Assembly: GCA_045612895.1 (NCBI GenBank)
Contig: JAZKZY010000122.1
Coordinates: 4,171 to 68,170 of the forward strand
DNA: 64,000 nucleotides
Direction: 5' to 3'
DNA from: Candidatus Scatosoma sp.
GTDB lineage: Bacteria > Bacillota > Clostridia > Christensenellales > Borkfalkiaceae
The notes under the pieces were generated by a model that had not been told where the DNA came from, did no database searches, and worked only from the letters and a program-made list of their open reading frames with translations. This document shows, piece by piece, positions 8,086 through 18,300 of this stretch. Each line of letters starts with the position of its first letter. Positions within the stretch are counted from its first letter, which is position 1. Both the position numbers and the translations under genes were made by a program.

Positions 8086-11000
8086 ATGAAAGCAAGTTTT
8101 AGAAAGATTTTAGTAGCGCTTTCTACTGTGGCAATGGCGGTATGCTTGTTGTTCGGCGGTTTGTTCGCTTTTTCGCAAACGAAAGACGTAAAAGCGGCAT
8201 CTGCGCTTAAAACGGAATTTACCAATAATGGCCAAATTGTTTTGAGTCAGTATGGCAACAACACCCTTGAATATGTAGAAGGTATTGCAGGTTCGACTGG
8301 CGCGGTGCTTAAAATCAACTCGAACCTCAGCGCTGCGAATGGTACAGCGTTTGTAATGCTTAGCGTGCCTAGCGTTAAGGCGAGTGAGTTAGAAAGTATC
8401 GTTGTGCGTATTTATTCGCCTGGGTATACCTCGGCGGATAGTTTTAGAGCAGCGATTGCCTCAAATGGCAGCTGGATTCAAAATGAAGCAAAAGATATGT
8501 CCAACTGGATTGACGTAAACCTTTCGGAAAACGCGATTGCGTTGATGAAGGATGCGGATGGTTTCCTTTCTACGCCAATTCCCGTTGGGGCTCGTGTATA
8601 TAGCGGTGCGAGTGAATACTATATCGACAGTATTACTGTCAATGTAAAAAAGGACTATGCTGGTGAATTCACTAACAATGGTCAGGTTGTATTTACGCAA
8701 TATGGTGGCAATACCTTTGAATACGTAGAAGGGATCGAAGGCTCGACGGGGGCAGTCCTTAAAATTAAGGCGGATGGTACGGCTTTTGTTAATTTGAGTG
8801 TACCTAGCGTTAAGGCAATCTTGTTAGAAAGCATTGTTGTACGTATTTATTCTCCTGAATATACTACGTCTGACAGCTTTAGAGCAGGTCTTGCTGCTAA
8901 TGGTAGCTGGGTTCAAAATGAAGCAAAAGATATGTCCAACTGGATTGACGTAACCCTTTCGGGAAACGCGATTGCGTTGATGAAGGATGCGGATGGTTTC
9001 CTTTCTACGCCAATTCCCGTTGGGGCTCGTGTATATAGCGGTGCGAGTGAATACTATATCGACAGCATTACTGTGAATATGAAGGAAACTGTGGACGTGT
9101 CGTTCCAGGCCATTCATGGTACTTGGAATAACTATGCTTACAATGATGCTAATTGTACGTTTATTCAATTTAACGGTGGTATTTCCGGCAATGGTAACTT
9201 GGATGCAGACTTTACGGAATTGCTTGCGAAGATGACCATTAATAATGCCCCTGTGGATACTGCAAACGTATCCTTCTATTGCCCGAACTGGATCGGCGCG
9301 AGCGGCGGTATCATTATGCGTTTGGCGACCAACCCTGCGGCAGGCAGTGTTTTGATGTTGCCCGCAGGTGCAATGTTTAACATCGGTGGATCGGATACGA
9401 ATGTTTACAAAATTTCGGAAGATGTTTATTTGAAGTTTGACGGTAGTAAATGGGCATTGACCGAAAAGCCTTCGGCGAGCATGCCCATGGCTCAATTTAA
9501 CGCTCCTTGGAGCACGGCTGGTGATTTCAACAAGGTTAGCCAAGTATTATTGCAGTACAATACCGATGCCACTTGGACGCATACCGATAAAGGTGATTTG
9601 GCATCCAAGGTAACCTATAAGAACTCCAAGACGGGCGCAACTCGTGCGGCAACGGATGCGGATATTGCAGGTTGGGACGGCCAAAAGTGGATTGTGTTCT
9701 CTAATCTGGCAGGTTATGACGTGCTTGAAATCGCGGAAGGCGGGACCTTTGGCGGTGGCGTGGGTATCCCTGCGCTTACCATTTACTGTGTAAACGGTTA
9801 CTGGGTAACGACGGCGCCTCATGCAGCTACCACGCATTTTGCTTACATTGCAAGCGGTTGGAATAACAACGCTGGCAATGGCGTAAGTAACAATATTTTC
9901 TCGTTTGACGTAAAACCTCTTGGGGATGCTACGGATGCCACCAACCTTGCGGCTACTTACAATCGTACGTCCCTCATGGTAAGATACAATGGTAAAACGT
10001 TTGCGGAACTTTATGCAGATGCAAATAATGCGAATGCGAAAAAATACTCAATTTCTTATGCGCATGGCAATCAATATTTCTATTTCGCAATTCCCGAAGC
10101 AGACCTTGTAGATGGCGCGATTTTTGAAATTGAAGAAGGCACGCCCTTCATGAACAATTATTTGGGCGCTGTTAAGTATGAGTTCATTGCTTCGAAGGGC
10201 GCTTGGGAACCTTACGTAGAACTTGAATATGGTACGCCTAATTTCTCGAATGCAACGGCAGGTTTAGTTGGCGCTTGGAGTTGGAATCATCAAACGCAAA
10301 ATACCGGGGTTGTTAAAGACACTAGCTACGGTTATACGATTGTTGCAGATTGGGTGATTGCGAGCAATGCAACCAACCTTGCGGCAACGAAGAATACGAC
10401 CTCCCTTTCGATTACTTTGAATGGTGTAAGTTTCTATGACTTGTATCAAGGCGATGACGGGTATAGATTGAATGCACAGCTTGGATATTTTGCATTCTCC
10501 GTGCCTACGGCGGCGCTTGTAGCAAGCAACGGTTACGAATATCCCACCCTTGAAATTATGGAAGGTACGCCTTTCTATGATGGCAACTACTTGCCTGCAA
10601 CGACCTTGATTTACAAGAACGGCGCTTGGCAGTTAAAAACTAACACGAATTACAATCCTTCGTTTGTAAGTATTAACGCAGGATTTAACAACGACGCACA
10701 CGGGTTCTTCATTATACAGTTTAATACGGACGGTTGGGAACAGGATGCTGTGCCTACCAGCTGGTCGGGCATTACCTACAATGGTAAAGATATCACTGAG
10801 CTTGCAACTGTAAAGTTCTTCCAAGAACATTCCATTTGGTTTACTTACAGCAAAACGAGTGAAAAACTTGCTGCAGGTTACAACAGATATTCTCATCCCA
10901 CCATTAAGTTCGCAGAAGGTGCAACCGTAGTTTACAATGAGCAAACTTATACCTTCCAAGAAATGGAATTCTATCTTGTAAACGATAAGTGGACGACGGA

Positions 11001-14000
11001 AAAACCTGCTGGCTGGACGGATGAAATGCCTATTTCCGTAGAGTATACGGAGATTAAATGGAATAACATCGACTATGGCGTTGGTGAATCAATCGGCAAG
11101 ACGAACGGTAAGGTAATTTTGCTCGCTTACAGCGAATTGATTATGGACGGCGCTGGTCAATATTCCAACTATGACAATATTATTACGGCGGACAATGATG
11201 CTGGTAATAAGATCAAGATCAACGGCGTTGCTTTGAAAGATGTTGAGGGCGCATACGTATGTTTGCATGCTGGTTACATTTATATTAACGTGCCCGCATG
11301 TGAAGTGTTGACGATTGAAGACGGCGCGATACTTTACGAGTACGCATTGTCTGAAAATACCTTCTATTTCAATGGTGAATGGTCCTTAACGGAACCTACC
11401 TATACCACGGTTTCCTGTGATGGACTTGCTTGGAATAACTACGACTACAATGGTTATGGCATGGATATTGGCTTTGAAAATCAGACGGGTATCCCTTCCA
11501 ACGGCTTCTGCGGTTTGATTGCATATAACGCTAACCTTGGTCCTCTTAACTCGGGTGGTCATACGACGGCTAGCACAGACAATATGGCTACGGCGTACAT
11601 GGATATCGGTTCGAAATTCAAGGTAAACGGCGTAGCAGCAAAGGATATTCCTGGTGCATATATCGCGTATGCTGCAGGTAAAAATTACGTATACTTCTAC
11701 GTTCCGTTCAGTGGTTTGGCGGAAACGGACGTTTATACGGTAACGATTGAAGCTGGTGCGAAATTCCTTTTGACACAGCTTCCTGCTTCTACCTTCTATT
11801 TCTATGATGGTACTTTCCATGACACCTTGTCTTCTGTTGTAACGGTACAGTATGGTGATATCACTGTTACGAACCGTTTTGCAGGTGAACAAACGATTGA
11901 TGCTGCATATCTTGCCGATGTAATTAGTGACAAAGCATCTTCGGTATGTCCTTTGAACTGGACGATTGCTGGTAACACCTATTATGCAGGTGAAAGTGTA
12001 ACTGTAAATCAAACGACGACGGTTGTTATTACGGAAGTTGTTGAATTTGAAACGATGTATGGTGCGGCTGTTCGTATTACGAACGACGGCAACTACGGTA
12101 TTCGTTTTGAAACGAGAATTGGTTTAAACAGCTACTTGGCATTGCTTGAAAAATATGGCGCAAGCAACGTGAAGACGGGTACGTATATCGCGCCTAAGGC
12201 GTTGTTTGACGCTGCTGGTATGTCGATTGCGGATTACTTTGCACAAGAAAAGGGCGAAGGTGCAGATTCGAAATACGTACACGTTTCTAACTTTGACGTA
12301 GATAAGAATGCAAACGGCATTTATAACAAAGAAACGTATGAAACGGATGGCTACATTCAGTTCTACGGTTCGTTGACGAACTTGAATGATAGCAACTACT
12401 ATACGCAATTCTTTGGTGTGGGTTATATCACCCTCACCATCGGTGATAAGACGGTTACGGTTTACGGTTTAAATGATATCAGAAAGACCAACCGTACCAT
12501 TTATGACGTAGCAACGATGGCTTACAGCGATATGGAAGAGGATTATTCGACCGACGCGTTGGCAGTTTTACAACAGTATATTGATTCGGTAGCGGTACTT
12601 ACTTACAGTAACGGTAACTTGTTTGTGGATACGAACGTAACGGGTCGTGAATATACCAGCGTTTATACGGTAACGGAAAACGAAGGTGTGTATACGATTA
12701 CCTCGTCTGTAAATCCTAAGACGGTTGTTGTGAATGGTAAAAAGGTATCGGTAGCGGTAGAAGTGGGCGATGGCGTATATACCTTTACGTTGACGGCAAC
12801 CTACTTGGATGAAAACTTTGGTTCATCTATCCGTTATGGTATGGGCGAACCTAACACAAACGTATGGGGCGCTGGTACTGAAAATGCAAATGATACAATG
12901 CTTGCAAGCTTTGCGCAGGGTATGGGTGTTACCTCCTATCGTGTATGGGTAAACAATAACATGGGTAGCGCAGGTCCCGGCAACGTTGTATCGCTTGGGT
13001 CGGCACACGTTAACAGCTTGAAATCGCACGTAAAGGCGTTGGTTGACGGTGGCGTGAACGAAATCTTGTTCTCGAATGGTAAGTTTGTTATGCCCTATGA
13101 TTATCCTACGTTCTATGTAACGGATGCACAGGGGAATGAACAATGGGTTAACAGTGAAACCTTTAATGCGGGTGGCTATACGCTAATTACCCAAGATCAT
13201 AACGCAGTTCCCAACCCTGCAACCGAAGCAGAAGCATATGCAACTTGGTTGAAGGTACAATACGATTACTACGTATTGTTTGCCGCGGAAGTAAATGCGT
13301 GGAAAATGGAATACGGCTGGACGGCAAATGACGTTCAATTCTATTTCGAAGGCCTTAACGAACCCGAATTCCACAACTTGATCCACAAGCGTGGCGACTA
13401 TCGTGATGGGGATTATTTCAAGGGCGCTTACAATACGGCTGAAATGGCGAAGATTTTGACGGATGTTTCCTATTATATGACCCTCGCATTGAATGGCTGT
13501 GGCGAAGTTACGACGCCCGCATTCACGTATTTCTCGTCTGATAGCGATTCCACTTTAACCAATGGCGTATTCTGCGATACGTTGCTGGATGCTATGTATA
13601 CGGAAATCAATGATGGCGTTGCGCCTACCGCAATCGCTGGTATTACGCCTGCTGATAGCAACGATGAAAATGATTATTTCACTTGCTTGAATTGGCACCC
13701 TTACTTGCCTTGGAATAAAACGGAACATGCCGCAATGTATTATGGTGAAATCGTTGAGACGAAGACCTGGTGGGGTGCTAAGAAGAAGGAAGCGAAAATC
13801 GCAAACTACGTGGATATGTGGGCTGCGTGGAACAATGGTATGTATCAAATTGCTGTAAATGGCGGCGATACGGATAAACCGAAAGTATTCTTCTCCGAAT
13901 TTGGTCTTTGCGACTGGGGTAATATTAGCGAAACGGCAGACCAAAGATATATCCTTGGTATTAACGAAAATACGGCGGCGACCGTATTTGGAAACTTGTT

Positions 14001-14214
14001 GAGCAATGCAAAAAAACTCTTGTTTGTAGATGAATTGACCGTTATGGCATTCCGTATTTTTGACAATGCTGACCTTGGCGCAGGGGAAGGTAACTTTGGC
14101 TTCATCAATGAAGAAGGTCAATTAAAAGCAATTGCTAAAGAATATTATCAAATTATCAATGGTAATGCCGATACGTCGGATTTGCAGGCGGTAATTGATA
14201 AATATTACAAGTAA
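8086..14214 (+). CDS. Giant secreted multi-module protein (2042 aa) with a C-terminal clan GH-A-like glycoside hydrolase domain
   Basis: Strong RBS TAAGGAGGAAAGAAG. The signal peptide ends LLFGGLFAFSQTKDVKA. Two tandem CBM-like modules (EFTNNGQ ... YYIDSITVN) are followed by about 7 modules ending xEGxxF...G.W. The last ~470 aa (nt ~12810-14211) carry FEGLNEPEF, LNWHPY and FFSEFG, the acid/base and nucleophile Glu pattern of (beta/alpha)8 clan GH-A. There is no LPXTG or C-terminal TM helix. Confidence 0.85.
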   Translation: MKASFRKILVALSTVAMAVCLLFGGLFAFSQTKDVKAASALKTEFTNNGQIVLSQYGNNTLEYVEGIAGSTGAVLKINSNLSAANGTAFVMLSVPSVKASELESIVVRIYSPGYTSADSFRAAIASNGSWIQNEAKDMSNWIDVNLSENAIALMKDADGFLSTPIPVGARVYSGASEYYIDSITVNVKKDYAGEFTNNGQVVFTQYGGNTFEYVEGIEGSTGAVLKIKADGTAFVNLSVPSVKAILLESIVVRIYSPEYTTSDSFRAGLAANGSWVQNEAKDMSNWIDVTLSGNAIALMKDADGFLSTPIPVGARVYSGASEYYIDSITVNMKETVDVSFQAIHGTWNNYAYNDANCTFIQFNGGISGNGNLDADFTELLAKMTINNAPVDTANVSFYCPNWIGASGGIIMRLATNPAAGSVLMLPAGAMFNIGGSDTNVYKISEDVYLKFDGSKWALTEKPSASMPMAQFNAPWSTAGDFNKVSQVLLQYNTDATWTHTDKGDLASKVTYKNSKTGATRAATDADIAGWDGQKWIVFSNLAGYDVLEIAEGGTFGGGVGIPALTIYCVNGYWVTTAPHAATTHFAYIASGWNNNAGNGVSNNIFSFDVKPLGDATDATNLAATYNRTSLMVRYNGKTFAELYADANNANAKKYSISYAHGNQYFYFAIPEADLVDGAIFEIEEGTPFMNNYLGAVKYEFIASKGAWEPYVELEYGTPNFSNATAGLVGAWSWNHQTQNTGVVKDTSYGYTIVADWVIASNATNLAATKNTTSLSITLNGVSFYDLYQGDDGYRLNAQLGYFAFSVPTAALVASNGYEYPTLEIMEGTPFYDGNYLPATTLIYKNGAWQLKTNTNYNPSFVSINAGFNNDAHGFFIIQFNTDGWEQDAVPTSWSGITYNGKDITELATVKFFQEHSIWFTYSKTSEKLAAGYNRYSHPTIKFAEGATVVYNEQTYTFQEMEFYLVNDKWTTEKPAGWTDEMPISVEYTEIKWNNIDYGVGESIGKTNGKVILLAYSELIMDGAGQYSNYDNIITADNDAGNKIKINGVALKDVEGAYVCLHAGYIYINVPACEVLTIEDGAILYEYALSENTFYFNGEWSLTEPTYTTVSCDGLAWNNYDYNGYGMDIGFENQTGIPSNGFCGLIAYNANLGPLNSGGHTTASTDNMATAYMDIGSKFKVNGVAAKDIPGAYIAYAAGKNYVYFYVPFSGLAETDVYTVTIEAGAKFLLTQLPASTFYFYDGTFHDTLSSVVTVQYGDITVTNRFAGEQTIDAAYLADVISDKASSVCPLNWTIAGNTYYAGESVTVNQTTTVVITEVVEFETMYGAAVRITNDGNYGIRFETRIGLNSYLALLEKYGASNVKTGTYIAPKALFDAAGMSIADYFAQEKGEGADSKYVHVSNFDVDKNANGIYNKETYETDGYIQFYGSLTNLNDSNYYTQFFGVGYITLTIGDKTVTVYGLNDIRKTNRTIYDVATMAYSDMEEDYSTDALAVLQQYIDSVAVLTYSNGNLFVDTNVTGREYTSVYTVTENEGVYTITSSVNPKTVVVNGKKVSVAVEVGDGVYTFTLTATYLDENFGSSIRYGMGEPNTNVWGAGTENANDTMLASFAQGMGVTSYRVWVNNNMGSAGPGNVVSLGSAHVNSLKSHVKALVDGGVNEILFSNGKFVMPYDYPTFYVTDAQGNEQWVNSETFNAGGYTLITQDHNAVPNPATEAEAYATWLKVQYDYYVLFAAEVNAWKMEYGWTANDVQFYFEGLNEPEFHNLIHKRGDYRDGDYFKGAYNTAEMAKILTDVSYYMTLALNGCGEVTTPAFTYFSSDSDSTLTNGVFCDTLLDAMYTEINDGVAPTAIAGITPADSNDENDYFTCLNWHPYLPWNKTEHAAMYYGEIVETKTWWGAKKKEAKIANYVDMWAAWNNGMYQIAVNGGDTDKPKVFFSEFGLCDWGNISETADQRYILGINENTAATVFGNLLSNAKKLLFVDELTVMAFRIFDNADLGAGEGNFGFINEEGQLKAIAKEYYQIINGNADTSDLQAVIDKYYK
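8215..9084 (+). repeat. Tandem duplication of the CBM-like module (two units of about 435-450 nt)
   Basis: EFTNNGQ starts at 8215 and 8665. The cores 8476-8645 and 8911-9080 are almost identical at nucleotide level (offset 435 nt). Confidence 0.85.
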
Positions 14215-14222
14215 TTTATGCG

Positions 14223-14252
14223 CAGTCCGCCAGTTTTTTGGCGGACTGTTTG
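14223..14252 (+). terminator. Hairpin terminator after the 2042-aa gene
   Basis: CAGTCCGCCA / GTTTTT / TGGCGGACTG followed by TTTG. The T-tract is short, so strength is uncertain. Confidence 0.55.
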
Positions 14253-14294
14253 TCAAATATCCATAATTTTACATAAAAGATTATGGGGAAGTTG

Positions 14295-14323
14295 TTGACT
14301 TTCGTTTTTATATTTGGTAGAAT
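14295..14323 (+). promoter_or_regulatory. Sigma-A-type promoter for the AraC regulator
   Basis: TTGACT (14295-14300), 17 nt, TAGAAT (14318-14323). Confidence 0.5.
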
Positions 14324-14341
14324 GATATGGGGATATAACAT

Positions 14342-15217
14342 ATGAAGATTTTCACACCAAAAGTCATAGAAAATTCGCCGTATACGGCGCTGGTTACATA
14401 CCCTCCTTTTGAAAAACATAGAAATACTTTTTTCAAGATTATGTTTGTAGAAAGCGGGGAGGCCACGTTAACCTTCTTTTCTAAGAAAAATGAGAAAAAA
14501 CAAAAAGTATTAAATATCAAAGTAGGGGATATGATTATCGTGGCTCCGCAGGACGTTTCCCAGTATTCAAACGTTCAAACGGGTGCAAACGGCTACCGAC
14601 ATCGAGATATTTATCTTTCCGTGGAAAGGATGAAGGAATGTTGCGATTTTCTTTCGGAAGGATTATACGATGAAATCGTAAAACAACCGTTTGCCGTTGA
14701 TTATCGTATTACGATCAATCAGCAGCTCGCGCTGTCGGAAATGATTGCGCCCTTGCTGAAAACAAAAGAAACAGAGTTTTTGGACGTACTACACAAGAGT
14801 ATCATTGTGTATTGCCTGAATTTGTACCTGCAACACAAGGCGGTGCTGTCCGTATATCCGTTGTGGTTCCACGATTTATTGCGTAAATTGGAAAAGCAGG
14901 AGTATTATTTATTGCCTGTCGATCAAATTGCAAAGTCAACAAATTACAGCCACGAATACGTATCTCGAAAGTTCAAATATTACATAGGAAAATCTTTAAA
15001 AAGGTATGTAAACGAATGTCGTTTATCGTCCGCGGCGCTATTGCTCGCAACCTCGGATTTGTCTATCGAAGAAATATCCTACAAATCGGGTTTTCCCAGC
15101 TGTAGTAACTTTATCAATGCGTTCAAAAAAGAGTATAATGTTTCCCCCGGTCGATATCGAAAGGATGTCGCAGGAAAGGTGGCAAACGACACGTATTTTG
15201 AGTGGAACAATGACTAA
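14342..15217 (+). CDS. AraC/XylS-family transcriptional regulator
   Basis: Cupin-like N-terminal half. C-terminal double HTH: VDQIAKSTNYSHEYVSRKFKYYIGKSLKRYVNECRLSSAALLLATSDLSIEEISYKSGFPSCSNFINAFKKEYNVSPGRYRK. Confidence 0.9.
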   Translation: MKIFTPKVIENSPYTALVTYPPFEKHRNTFFKIMFVESGEATLTFFSKKNEKKQKVLNIKVGDMIIVAPQDVSQYSNVQTGANGYRHRDIYLSVERMKECCDFLSEGLYDEIVKQPFAVDYRITINQQLALSEMIAPLLKTKETEFLDVLHKSIIVYCLNLYLQHKAVLSVYPLWFHDLLRKLEKQEYYLLPVDQIAKSTNYSHEYVSRKFKYYIGKSLKRYVNECRLSSAALLLATSDLSIEEISYKSGFPSCSNFINAFKKEYNVSPGRYRKDVAGKVANDTYFEWNND

Positions 15218-15246
15218 AAAAGCCTCGCATTTTGCGAGGTTTTTTA
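15218..15246 (+). terminator. Rho-independent terminator after the AraC gene
   Basis: CCTCGCA / TTT / TGCGAGG followed by TTTTTTATTT. Confidence 0.75.
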
Positions 15247-15291
15247 TTTACTAAAAGTCAATTTTTCGCAATTTCCCGTCAAAATTTTTTA

Positions 15292-15320
15292 TTGTTATTT
15301 TCACTGTGAAATGATATAAT
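15292..15320 (+). promoter_or_regulatory. Candidate promoter of the long 15377-49586 gene string
   Basis: TTGTTA (15292-15297), 17 nt, TATAAT (15315-15320). Confidence 0.45.
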
Positions 15321-15376
15321 GAACGCATACTGGGGAATATTCTAAAGAATATTCAAAATAAAAGGGAGGATTCTAT

Positions 15377-18300
15377 ATGAAAACCATCCAAAAGAAACTA
15401 ATGGCAATGCTTTTAAGCGTAGCTGCAATCGCATGTGTAGGCGCAGGCGGTGTGTTCGCTTTTTCGCAAACAGCGCAGGCAACGGCAGAGGTAACGCTTG
15501 AAAACGAATTCACAAACAATGGTCAATTTTCCGTAAGCAAGTACAACGGCGCGGTTCCTTTTGAATACGTGGATGGTACGGCTGAAGGTTTGCCCGCAGG
15601 CTACACGGGTTCGGTATTAAAACTTACTACGGTGAGCGGTGTGGCTTATGCCAACTTTGACTTTAGCGCGGCGAAAATTAATGCAAGCTTGGTTGATAGT
15701 ATCGTGGTGAGAATCTATTCGCCTGGTTATACCGCTGCAGATGAATTTAGAACGAACGTTGCTACCGATGGCTCGCAGCAGGTATTATACGGGACTGGCG
15801 CTTATGATATGTCCTCGTGGTGTGACATCACCTTGAATGCGACCTCGCTTTCGACGATGACGGATGCGAATGGGAATTTAGCGTTTGTTTCGGTTGGCGC
15901 ACGTGTAAAAGGCGGTGCAACCGTATATTACATCGACAGCATTACCGTAAATATGAAAGAAACGAAAGAGGTAACCTTTACGGGGATAAATTCTTGGTGG
16001 AATAACTATGTTCATGATGAGATGGCTTGTTCGATTTTGGAATTTAGTGGCGGTATCGGTATAGGTGGCCTTGACGGAAATTACAGTGACGTTTATGAAA
16101 AAGCGACCTTGAATGGTAAACCCGTGGATAAATCGAACCTTGACTTCGTTTGCCGTAAGTGGGTTGACGGGCAGGGCGACAGTATTGTAATGCGTTGGAA
16201 AACTCTTCCTGCGGCAGGTTCGATTTTACATATTCCTGCAGGGGCAACCTTCAAAAATGGTGGCGAAGATACCAACATCTATTCTATTTCGAAAGATATT
16301 TATTTGCAATATAACGGTACGATTTGGGTTCCTTGCGAGGCGCCTGTTGTTGTAGAAACGGTACCTGTAAGCTTTAACAAACTTCATGAACAGTGGAATA
16401 ACTATCCTCACGATGGCGCAAATTGCACGTTCCTGCAATTTGATGGTGGCATTACGGGGAATGGTAACTTGGACGCGAACTTTAGTGACTTGCTTACCAA
16501 TATGACGATCAACGACGCTGCAGTTGATACAAACAACGTATCCTTCTATTGCCCCAACTGGATTGGTGCAAGCGGTGGTATCATTATGCGTTTGGGAACA
16601 AACCCTGAAGCGGGCGCGGTTTTACATATTCCCGCAGGTACGACCTTTAATATCGGAGGTACGGACACCAACGTTTACGAAGTGACGGAAGACGTTAATT
16701 TGAAATTTGACGGTACGGCTTGGGCACCTTACGTTCCTTATGGTACGCCTAACTTTGCGGACGTTATCCCTGAAATGGTTGGTCCTTGGACTTGGAATCA
16801 TAGTACGGCGGAACCTTCAATTATCAAAGATGCAAACTACGGTTATACGATTATTGGTTCTTGGCCCATGGAAGCAAGCTCTGAAAACCTTGCGGCAACG
16901 GATACCTTAACTTCGAGATCGATTACCTTGAACGGTAAATCCTTCTACGAATTGTATCAAGAAGATGACGGGTATAGATTGAATTCGATTATTTTGTACT
17001 TTGGTTTCTCCGTACCTACGTCTGCGCTTGTTGCAAGCAACGGTTACGAATATCCTACGATTGAAATCGCAGAAGGTACACCGTTCTATGCAGGCAACTA
17101 CTTGCCTAAAACGACCATCATTTACAAGGACGGCGCTTGGCAATTGAAGCCTGAAGAGAGTGTAGAGCCTGAATTGCCTGAATTAGACTACACGCCTGAT
17201 TTTATTTCCGTCGGTGATATAAACCATATGGATAACGAGGAGTTGGGCTCTTATGGTTTGTCCTTGAAATATAATACGCTTGGCTTTACGACGGCAGACA
17301 AGCAGGTAATGGCAGCGAGCAATTCGGGCTTTACCTTGAACGGTGAAGCGCTGAATGTTGCGCTTTGGGGTGATAATCAGTTGTTGTTTTGGATGAAAAA
17401 GGACAAATGCGCAGCTGGCTACAATGGTTACTCCCATGCAACCCTTGAAATCGCCGATGGCGCAAAAATTACCAACGAAGCGGGTGACGAATATACCTTC
17501 AGCGCAAATACCTTGTACCTTGTAAATAGTGCATGGACGACGGAAAAACCTGCTGATTATGAAATTGTTCTTCCCGATCCTTTGCCTTATAAGGGGACGG
17601 CGAATATTTGGAATAACTGGGTATCCAACGGCTTATCGCAAACGATTTTGGAATTTGGTACGCATGGCGTTGATTTCCTTGGCAATGCGGCTGATCCAAC
17701 CAACTATGCAAAGGGTAAATATGGCGCGCCTATCGCAACGGCATTGACGATTAACGGCAAAACGATTGCGGAATTGTACGAAAGAGATAACAACGTGACG
17801 GTAAGCTATGCACATGGTAATAACTACTTGTATATTGCCGTTCCCGAATATTTGTTGGCAACGAACGGCAACGGTTGTACGACCTTGCATATTGCTGACC
17901 GTACGACCTTCCTTAACGCATTGTTGCCCGAAGTAACCTTGTACCTTTACAAAGGGCAATGGACGACGGAAAAACCTGCTACTGTAGAAACGGAAGATAC
18001 TGAATATACAACGGTTTCCACCTTGTTGGGTGAAAATGAAAAGACCTTGAACGCAGGTGAAAAGGTAGAAGGCATTTCTACAAAGGACAGCATGGTATAC
18101 AAATTCTTGATGAAGAACGACCGCGCTGACAATGAAGTAATCTTCTCCACCCATTATGACACTGAAAATACAGGCGTTAAGGTGGTATTTACTGGTGATA
18201 GCGCAACGGCAAGCGAACGTGTTACGTTGTATGTAAACGGCGAAGAAGTGGCGAACGATACCTATCTTTGGACGGCAAACGAATGGTTCTCCGTTCGCGT

